Source: Nemertoderma westbladi
Lineage: Eukaryota > Animalia > Xenacoelomorpha
DNA length: 64,000 nt
NCBI GenBank assembly: GCA_032718475.1
Contig: JAUCBJ010002546.1
Span: 17,176 to 81,175 of the forward strand
Reading direction: 5' to 3'
The translations under genes were made by a program, and so were the position numbers. Below the pieces are notes generated by a model, which did not search any database, had not been told where the DNA came from, and saw only the letters and a program-made list of their open reading frames with translations. Shown in pieces: positions 12,191 through 21,500 of this stretch (position 1 is the first letter of the stretch; every line of letters begins with the position of its first letter).

Positions 12191-15100
12191 GGCAGGTCAT
12201 CCCCGACCCACTATCCGTCGGACAACGACCCAGATTCTGCGCGCCCCCATACGATCTTCCATTCTTCTCCCCGGCGACGCCCTCACATTACAGCTTCCAG
12301 CCCATCTCTCGGATTCCGACTCTCTCCTTGTGACACCCCATGTGATTAACCAACGGTCGCACGTAACTCCCCCCAAGCCTTGGTTCTCCCCCATGCAGCT
12401 CCAACCCGCAGCCGGTTCCATTACCATTCCAAACTCTGCTCCCTACCCCATCTTCATTCAACGGAACTCCCACGTCTGCTCCGCCCTACCCACCACAGCT
12501 ACCCCCATGAAACAACTTGAACAGTCCTTACCCTGTCCCGAAATCCGCTCTGCTTCCGTTGTCTCCCATGACCCTCCACCTATAAAGGCAGTCCAGATCG
12601 ACCCACAGGGCATCCTCTCTTACCGTGAGCGTGCTGCCTTCCACGATCTACTCGAGGAGTTTTCTGACGTCTTCGATCCCACGTACCCCGGATACAATGG
12701 GTCTGCCGGCCCATTCGAAGCTGTCGTCAACGTGACCCCTACGTTGCCACCTCAACGTAAAGGTCGTGTACCGCAAAACTCCCGTGACTGACTCGTTGAA
12801 CTACAAGAGAAGTTTGACTCTCTCGAGCGTCTTGGCGTCTTCATTCGCCCAGAACTAGCCGGTGTCACCATAGAGTACTTGAACCCAAGCTTCCTTGTCG
12901 CTAAACCCAATGGAGGAACTCGGCTCGTTACGGCGTTCACGGAGATCGCCCAGTATTGTAAGCCCCAACCCGCACTCCTCCCAGATGTCGAATCCACCAT
13001 TCGAGCCCTGGGTCGGTTCAAGTTCCTCGTTAAGGCAGACCTCACGAGCGCCTTTTACCAAATCCCACTCCATCGCAACTCCATGCGTTTCTGCGGCGTA
13101 TCCACACCATTTCGTGGTGTCCGTGTCTACCGCCGCTGTGCCATGGGCATGCCCGGCAGCAAAACGGCTCTCGAGGAGTTGATGTCTCGCGTCCTCGGCG
13201 ATCTCCTCGCCCAGGGATCCGTCGTCAAACTTGCCGATGATATCTACTGCGGTGGCGATACCATCCCCGAACTCCTTCTCAATTTCACCGCCCTCCTCCG
13301 CGCCCTACACCTTGCCGGGTTGCGTTTGTCCCCAAAGAAAACCATCATTTGCCCCCAAACTACCACCATCCTTGGTTGGGTATGGTCTAGCGGTTCCTTA
13401 TCTGCTTCCCCACATATCACAGCCGCCTTATCCCACTGTCCTACACCATCCACCGTCCGCGACCTACGGTCGTTCCTCGGTTCCTACAAGGTTCTCTCCC
13501 GCGTACTCCCCCGGTGTTCTGCACTTATCTCTCCGCTCGAAGCCCTCCTTACCCCCAAGGCCGGCGACCCTGTCGCTTGGACTCCCAATCTCGAGTCTAC
13601 ATTTCGACAATCCCAAGCCGCCCTACAATCCTGCAGGTCAGTAACGATCCCGCGTCCTACCGACGAACTCTTCCTTGTCACCGACGCCGCCTCGTCCGTC
13701 GATGGTCTAGGCGCAGTCCTCTACGCGAAACGTTCCAAAGAATTACTCCTCGCCGGGTTTTATTCCTGCAAGCTCAAGGCCCACCAACATACATGGCTTC
13801 CTTGCGAGTTGGAGGCACTCGCTATAGCGGCCTCCGTTCAACATTTCCTCCCATATCTTATCGCCTCTTCACGCCAACCACACGTTCTCACGGACAGTAA
13901 ACCCTGTGTCGAAGCATTCAAAAAGTTGTCCCGCGGCGCATATTCGACTAGCCCACGTTTATCGACGTTCCTCGCCAGCGCCAGCCAGGCCCGTGTCACA
14001 GTATCCCACATCAAGGGTTCTACCAACCTCCCGGCAGACTTCCAAAGCCGCAACGTTCGGCCGTGCTCTCTACAGTCATGCCAGGTGTGCGCGTTTGTCG
14101 CCTCCACTATAGAGTCCCCTATTGTCCGTCTCATTGCAAAGTCAAACACCCCCTCCTCCTTGCCACACGACAACCATCCCCCAATGTCCCTCGTTAACAC
14201 TGTCACTACCCCCCTCCCGAATTGCTTTATCGCTTCCGATAGCCCGAATCCCCGTCCCCTTTATGCCAGTCGTCCTGCGTGGCTCGCCACACAATGCGAG
14301 TGCCCCGACCTAATCCGTGTTGCCGAAAACCTCGCATCCGGCACCCGTCCCTCCAGACGCGATACACATAGCCATGATATCAAGCGTTACCTAGGTGTAT
14401 GTTCTCTGTTATCCTCTGGCCTTGTCGTAGTCCACCAACAGCGCCCCTTCACGTCACCCTATGACATCATCGTCGTTGCCCGCTCTGCTCTTATTGGCTT
14501 ACTAACCTCACTACACATCGAACTCCAACACCCTTCGCGTTCCCAGCTGCGTACCACCTTTTCCCGATATTTCTACACCCTGGACCTCGACCGCGCTCTC
14601 AATGAGATTACCGTGCAATGTCACCAGTGCATCGCCCTCTCAACTGCCCCCAAGCGTACCGTGCCCCAGTCATCCATTGACCCGCCCCCCATCGTCGGCC
14701 TATCATTCGCTGCCGACGTCCTGCGCCGCCATTCCCAACGTATCCTCCTGTTACGGGAAACGGTATCGTCGTACTCAAATGCCGTTATACTTCCGGATGA
14801 ACAGAGCGATACCCTACGTGATGCCTTAATCACCCTTGCCTTTGGCATGTGCCCCCTTAGTGGCCCCCCGGCTATCATCCGCACCGACCCAGCCCCAGGG
14901 TTCCAAGCCCTCGCCAACGACCCAATCCTCCTATCCCACCACCTCCTCCTTGAGATCGGATCCCGCAAGAATGTAAATAAAAACCCAGTCGCCGAACACG
15001 CTATCGGCGAGCTACTCACCGAGCTCCTCCGACTCCGTCCCACTGGCGGCCCATTCTCGTCTACATCTCTCGCAATCGCTGTTGCAAACCTTAACTCTCG

Positions 15101-15704
15101 TCTACGCTCCCCTGGCCTATCCGCCCGCGAGATTTTATTCCAGCGGGACCAATACACGGGCGAACAAATTCCTCTCGTCGATACCGAGCTCATAGCCTCC
15201 CAACATGAGCGACGCCTAGCCAGCCACACCTCCAGCGCCCGCTCTAAGACCCCCCACCCTACGGTACTCCCAGGATTTACCTCCCTCAAGGTGGGCGACC
15301 TCGTCCATTTATATGCCGATTCCCCCCGTGCCGGCGCTCGTCCACGATATATCGTCAGCACTATCGATGACACGTGGTGTTCCGTTCGTAAATTCGCGGG
15401 CAGCCAGCTCCGCGCTCACGCATACCGCGTCCGCCAGGCCGATTGTTTCCTTGTACCTCGTCTCCAACCGCCAACCATGTCATACACTGAGGATTCAGAT
15501 TCCGAGGCTGATGAGTGTTCCACACTCCACGCTCATGCTACACCCGGCGTGACACCCCCTGTCGCGTTCCAACCAGCCCTAGAGTCCACCCCACAGTTAG
15601 ACGACGTCCCTGAGCAGCCATTGCACATTGCTGCTCCATCTGACCCACCCAACACCCGTCCTCGAAGAGAACGCCGCCCTCCGCAATACTACGGGTTTCC
15701 CTGA
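12191..15704 (+). pseudogene. pol: Pol (dUTPase-like segment, RT, RNase H, integrase) with one in-frame TGA at 12789-12791
   Basis: ORFs 12330-12791 and 12879-15704 share a frame. RT: ADLTSAFYQIP, AMGMPGS, KLADDIYCGG. RNase H: LVTDAA, CELEALAI, LTDSKP, PADFQSR. Integrase: HHCC (LHIELQHP...CHQC) and D-D-E (FAADV, IRTDP, PVAEH). Confidence 0.93.
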
Positions 15705-16005
15705 CGCTCCTCCCACGTTCCCGGACAGTTGCACCTTGTCACATGACTCGCCCCAACGCAGCCTGTCTCCAGTTCCATTCACAGTTCTGAATTCGTTCTA
15801 CCTACATACGTCCTACCCGACTTATGATGGACTCCCAATTCTAAACTAGCTTTCGCCCTACCATTAGGTTGTTTCGTTGTACCCCACCATAGTTTTGGTC
15901 ATGCTTTAGGTGTTGTCATAAATTCAAATTTATATTTTTAGCACAATCATTTTTGAGTAATGTTTTACCGTGAAAAATTTACTACTGATTCAGTTGACCT
16001 TAATA

Positions 16006-16091
16006 ATCCCTGTAGCTCAGGTGGCAGAGCGCCCGAACCGAAACCTGTCGGTCTCGAGTTCGATCCTTAGGAAAGCCAACTGTTTTTTTTT
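16006..16091 (+). ncRNA. tRNA-derived Pol III-type cassette (A box, D-arm, B box, T9 terminator); not a functional tRNA
   Basis: A box TAGCTCAGGTGG at 16013. D-stem GCTC/GAGC. B box GAGTTCGATCC at 16056. T-run at 16083-16091. Acceptor and anticodon stems do not pair canonically. Confidence 0.7.
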
Positions 16092-16292
16092 CTTGTACTA
16101 AAGTTTTTGTTAGCAATCTCATAACACCCTATCTATCTTAGTTATGCGCTTGCATATTATTTACGCTAGTCTAATTGCTTCGTTTGTATTTTTGAATTTG
16201 TTTTCGTTTGTTAAGTACGAGTCCTTTCCTAATTACGTAATATTCGTTACGAACCGATATTTTGTGTTGTGTACCCGACAGGAGAAATACCC

Positions 16293-16314
16293 AGAGGTAA
16301 AAAGACGAAAGAAA
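16293..16314 (+). promoter_or_regulatory. Polypurine tract AGAGGTAAAAAGACGAAAGAAA
   Basis: Purine-rich run ending 3 nt before the 3' LTR. Confidence 0.65.
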
Positions 16315-16317
16315 TTG

Positions 16318-16579
16318 CGCCAGCCGGTTTAGGCCCTGCCCGTCTATCTGCCATCCCTGGTACTGACGGCACTGCCAACTACCAGATAGAAGTATAGGTC
16401 TGTCTGTGTAGTACCGGTACAGCACAACGTGTTGCGTACCGATGACCGATCTGTTGTTGTTACTTCTTCTGACTGTTATTGCTTTATATATATATCTATA
16501 CTCATTCGTGTATTGATCAATATAGTTAACCCGCTTCACTCACCACATTGTTCCTTACGCTATTGCTTCACTTCTGGCG
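16318..16579 (+). repeat. 3' LTR
   Basis: Direct repeat of 10428-10689. Confidence 0.95.
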
Positions 16580-16869
16580 CTAAAACATTTATCTTATATT
16601 ATATTTATCTTATATTACATAAAAAATAAAGATTTTTTGAAATTCTATAAGATAAATGTTAAAGAACTGCCGAAACCCTTTCGATTGAACCTAAAATCAT
16701 AAGATTTGGTTGACAAATGGCGGAGGAGTTGTGTTTTAAAATTGAAAATGTCATTCTGAGATAATTGCCTTTAAAGTTTGAAACTTCCCGCAAAAGCTGT
16801 CTGTAAATATGTAAGAATGTCTGTCAAAATTTATCTAGCAACAAGAAAGAACAAAACCTTGCTAAGATT

Positions 16870-17225
16870 TTTGCCATGGGGGTTTTCATGGTCTCTGATT
16901 TCATTTCGGAGGTCAGTTTTCAATTTTAAAGAAATCTAGTTAGTCCGTATGTCTGTCTGTCGGACTATACTACTATCCGACATTCTGTCCGTCAAATATA
17001 ATAAAAGGTCACACCATCTAGCTAAACGTTCAGCTATAGGGGTTTTCCTGGTCGCAGAATTCATTTCGAGTATCAGTTTTAAAATTTGATGATTTCCAAA
17101 TTATTTTTCTGTTTGGCTGTCCGGTTCTCGGTAATATTTTGAAGGACAGACTCACAGGCATACAGACAGAAACGACGAGGTCAAATTTGAATATTGACAT
17201 CAGAAATGAAGTCAACGACCGATTT
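16870..17225 (-). repeat. Diverged inverted copy of the repeat family at 8250-8680
   Basis: The reverse complement AAAACTGACCTCCGAAATGAAATCAGAGACCATGAAAACCCCCAT matches AAAACTGACACCGGAAATGAAATCAGCGACCCCGAAAAACCCCAT. Confidence 0.65.
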
Positions 17226-17558
17226 TAGACAGATACAGTATTATGCTTTTTATTGACGGGCAGAGCGACAGTGAAATGGACAGACAGCCATATCTCGAGA
17301 AGTAAATAGATCTTACGAATCGTTTTTTACAAATTTGGAATCTTGATGAACGTTATATGCACATATGCTTATTTTATTAAGCATATATTCGAGCAGATAT
17401 GCTCGATTACTTAACCGATTCATTAACTATCTCATACTGTACATGTATCTGTCTGTTCTGCCTTTAGTGCTGCTCCAACAACCTCTAATATGCCCTCTCG
17501 AGAGCCCCCTGTCCGTCACTATTGAAATATCCACTCTCTGGGGGATGTTTTCATAAAT

Positions 17559-18518
17559 TTGCTCCAACAATATATTTCGGGATATGGTGATGATGAATCT
17601 CATTATTTAGTTGTAACTGATTATGAAATAAAGATAAAGTATAATAAGCTATTTGGGCGCTTATGGCAGTTATTGAAATTAGAACCAAAATATCCAATAG
17701 ATAATATCAAAGTTGAATTGAAAGATGTAGAAGACGGTGTTGAAGAAATAGGCAAATTTATTTATCAACTTATGGACTCAATGGACCAAAATTTAAATGA
17801 TATCAAGAATGAAATCAAAAATAATATGCTTTACAATATGTTTCAAAAAGTTGTTAACTTAAACATTGACCTTAAACGCAAGATAGAAGAAATAGAAAAA
17901 ATCAACATATGTAAGGCAAGAGATAAAGTTAGATTGTTGATTGCTGAAGGATTTCTTAAAAAGGAGATTCAGAGAATAGAGAAGAGGGGGGACTCTTTTA
18001 AGAGAATAGAGAAGAGGGCGCACTTTTTTTTTCCCCAAATTTGTGATTTAAAATTTCGAGAACTCGAAGAAGAAGAAAATACAGTAATAGCGAGGGTTTT
18101 AAGGGTTGAGGCTAAAAAGAAAGTTATCTTACCGAGTGATGATATTCCGTTTCCTGGCCAAGGGAAGAAATATGTCATTGCGAAGGAGCGATTAGTTAGG
18201 GGCGGTGTGCGGTTGGTGGAAGACACAGATGCAAGCAGATTGGTGGAACGCCACGAAGGGATATTATACACAATCGGCGGTAGAAATTATTGTCTTGTTG
18301 ATCGCAAAGATGATGATTACGTTTACCTACCAAAAGACATCGATGGTCGCACGGATGTTATGGCGCCTTCAGCTTCAATAATCGATTACATATTGCTGCG
18401 ACAAAGTAAACCACCAGGGGAGACAATTGTTACAAAATTAATAACAGAGGAAGAGTTCGAGAAGTTTGAAGAACTGACTTTACGAATGAGAGATGAAACA
18501 CGGTGCCGTATAATGTAG
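17559..18518 (+). CDS. Uncharacterised 319-codon open frame with a coiled-coil-like N-terminal half; true start unclear
   Basis: 960-nt open frame in AT-rich DNA. Rich in K/E/I/L. The ORF-track start is TTG, and the first in-frame ATG is about 70 codons in. Confidence 0.55.
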   Translation: MLQQYISGYGDDESHYLVVTDYEIKIKYNKLFGRLWQLLKLEPKYPIDNIKVELKDVEDGVEEIGKFIYQLMDSMDQNLNDIKNEIKNNMLYNMFQKVVNLNIDLKRKIEEIEKINICKARDKVRLLIAEGFLKKEIQRIEKRGDSFKRIEKRAHFFFPQICDLKFRELEEEENTVIARVLRVEAKKKVILPSDDIPFPGQGKKYVIAKERLVRGGVRLVEDTDASRLVERHEGILYTIGGRNYCLVDRKDDDYVYLPKDIDGRTDVMAPSASIIDYILLRQSKPPGETIVTKLITEEEFEKFEELTLRMRDETRCRIM

Positions 18519-18572
18519 GAATTATCATACAACTGCACAGCCATTGATGAACGCAGAGTGTTGGTTAGCTCG

Positions 18573-21500
18573 GTTAATGGGAGCGGTCTGTGGGTAGAAA
18601 GAGTAGATATCAGTGGGAGCGGTCTGTGGGGCAGAAAGAGTAGATGTTAGCGGGAGCGGTCTGTGGGTAGAAAGAGTAGATGTTAGCGGGAGCGGTCTGT
18701 GGGGCAGAAAGAGTAGATATTAGTGGGTAGAAAGAGTAGATGTTAGTGGGAGCGGTCTGTGGGGTAGAAAGAGTAGATGTTAGCGGGAGCGGTCTGTGGG
18801 TAGAAAGAGTAGATATTAGTGGGTAGAAAGAGTAGATGTTAGCGGGAGCGGTCTGTGGGTAGAAAGAGTAGATATTAGTGGGTAGAAAGAGTAGATGTTA
18901 GCGGGAGCGGTCTGTGGGGCAGAAAGAGTAGATGTTAATGGGAGCGGTCTGTGGGTAGAAAGAGTAGATATTAGTGGGTAGAAAGAGTAGATGTTAGCGG
19001 GAGCGGTCTGTGGGTAGAAAGAGTAGATATTAGTGGGTAGAAAGAGTAGATGTTAGCGGGAGCGGTCTGTGGGGCAGAAAGAGTAGATGTTAGTGGGAGC
19101 GGTCTGTGGGGCAGAAAGAGTAGATGTTAATGGGAGCGGTCTGTGGGTAGAAAGAGTAGATATTAGTGGGAGCGGTCTGTGGGGCAGAAAGAGTAGATAT
19201 TAGTGGGTAGAAAGAGTAGATGTTAGCGGGAGCGGTCTGTGGGGCAGAAAGAGTAGATATTAGTGGGAGCGGTCTGTGGGGCAGAAAGAGTAGATATTAG
19301 TGGGAGCGGTCTGTGGGGCAGAAAGAGTAGATATTAGTGGGAGCGGTCTGTGGGTAGAAAGAGTAGATATTAGTGGGAGCGGTCTGTGGGGCAGAAAGAG
19401 TAGATGTTAGTGGGTAGAAAGAGTAGATGTTAGTGGGAGCGGTCTGTGGGTAGAAAGAGTAGATATTAGTGGGTAGAAAGAGTAGATGTTAGCGGGAGCG
19501 GTCTGTGGGGTAGAAAGAGTAGATATTAGCGGGAGCGGTCTGTGGGTAGAAAGAGTAGATATTAGTGGGTAGAAAGAGTAGATATTAGTGGGAGCGGTCT
19601 GTGGGTAGAAAGAGTAGATATTAGTGGGTAGAAAGAGTAGATGTTAGCGGGAGCGGTCTGTGGGTAGAAAGAGTAGATATTAGTGGGTAGAAAGAGTAGA
19701 TATTAGTGGGAGCGGTCTGTGGGTAGAAAGAGTAGATGTTAGCGGGAGCGGTCTGTGGGGTAGAAAGAGTAGATATTAGCGGGAGCGGTCTGTGGGTAGA
19801 AAGAGTAGATATTAGTGGGTAGAAAGAGTAGATATTAGTGGGAGCGGTCTGTGGGTAGAAAGAGTAGATATTAGTGGGTAGAAAGAGTAGATGTTAGCGG
19901 GAGCGGTCTGTGGGTAGAAAGAGTAGATATTAGTGGGTAGAAAGAGTAGATGTTAGTGGGAGCGGTCTGTGGGGCAGAAAGAGTAGATATTAGTGGGAGC
20001 GGTCTGTGGGGCAGAAAGAGTAGATATTAGTGGGAGCGGTCTGTGGGGCAGAAAGAGTAGATATTAGTGGGAGCGGTCTGTGGGGCAGAAAGAGTAGATA
20101 TTAGTGGGAGCGGTCTGTGGGGCAGAAAGAGTAGATATTAGCGGGAGCGGTCTGTGGGGTAGAAAGAGTAGATGTTAATGGGAGCGGTCTGTGGGTAGAA
20201 AGAGTAGATATTAGTGGGTAGAAAGAGTAGATGTTAGCGGGAGCGGTCTGTGGGTAGAAAGAGTAGATATTAGTGGGTAGAAAGAGTAGATGTTAGCGGG
20301 AGCGGTCTGTGGGGCAGAAAGAGTAGATGTTAGTGGGAGCGGTCTGTGGGGCAGAAAGAGTAGATGTTAATGGGAGCGGTCTGTGGGTAGAAAGAGTAGA
20401 TATTAGTGGGAGCGGTCTGTGGGGCAGAAAGAGTAGATATTAGTGGGTAGAAAGAGTAGATGTTAGCGGGAGCGGTCTGTGGGGCAGAAAGAGTAGATAT
20501 TAGTGGGAGCGGTCTGTGGGGCAGAAAGAGTAGATATTAGTGGGAGCGGTCTGTGGGGCAGAAAGAGTAGATATTAGTGGGAGCGGTCTGTGGGTAGAAA
20601 GAGTAGATATTAGTGGGAGCGGTCTGTGGGGCAGAAAGAGTAGATGTTAGTGGGTAGAAAGAGTAGATGTTAGTGGGAGCGGTCTGTGGGTAGAAAGAGT
20701 AGATATTAGTGGGTAGAAAGAGTAGATGTTAGCGGGAGCGGTCTGTGGGGTAGAAAGAGTAGATATTAGCGGGAGCGGTCTGTGGGTAGAAAGAGTAGAT
20801 ATTAGTGGGTAGAAAGAGTAGATATTAGTGGGAGCGGTCTGTGGGTAGAAAGAGTAGATATTAGTGGGTAGAAAGAGTAGATGTTAGCGGGAGCGGTCTG
20901 TGGGTAGAAAGAGTAGATATTAGTGGGTAGAAAGAGTAGATATTAGTGGGAGCGGTCTGTGGGTAGAAAGAGTAGATGTTAGCGGGAGCGGTCTGTGGGG
21001 TAGAAAGAGTAGATATTAGCGGGAGCGGTCTGTGGGTAGAAAGAGTAGATATTAGTGGGTAGAAAGAGTAGATATTAGTGGGAGCGGTCTGTGGGTAGAA
21101 AGAGTAGATATTAGTGGGTAGAAAGAGTAGATGTTAGCGGGAGCGGTCTGTGGGTAGAAAGAGTAGATATTAGTGGGTAGAAAGAGTAGATGTTAGTGGG
21201 AGCGGTCTGTGGGGCAGAAAGAGTAGATATTAGTGGGAGCGGTCTGTGGGGCAGAAAGAGTAGATATTAGTGGGAGCGGTCTGTGGGGCAGAAAGAGTAG
21301 ATATTAGTGGGAGCGGTCTGTGGGGCAGAAAGAGTAGATATTAGTGGGAGCGGTCTGTGGGGCAGAAAGAGTAGATATTAGCGGGAGCGGTCTGTGGGGT
21401 AGAAAGAGTAGATATTAGTGGGCAGAAAGAGTAGATATTAGTGGGAGCGGTCTGTGGGTAGAAAGAGTAGATATTAGTGGGCAGAAAGAGTAGATATTAG

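Larger units (their letters stand above)
10428..16579 (+). mobile_element. Full-length Ty3/Gypsy-order LTR retrotransposon (6152 bp)
   Basis: Two 262-bp LTRs, a PBS and a PPT, with gag-PR-RT-RH-IN domain order. The internal region is C-rich, unlike the AT-rich flanks. Confidence 0.96.

Noticed and set aside
10810-15849. Overlapping and antisense ORFs inside the Gypsy element (e.g. 11216-12007 +, 14621-15373 -)
   Set aside because: Expected shadow frames in C-rich coding DNA, with no recognisable motifs. No env-like ORF was found.
16006-16080. Functional or suppressor tRNA reading through the TGA at 12789, or a self-encoded RT primer
   Set aside because: No paired acceptor or anticodon stem and no TCA anticodon. 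The 3' end (GGAAAGCCA) is not complementary to the PBS beyond the CCA.
10425-16629. Duplicated small ORFs at 10425/16171 and 10539/16429
   Set aside because: They are translations of the two LTR copies.
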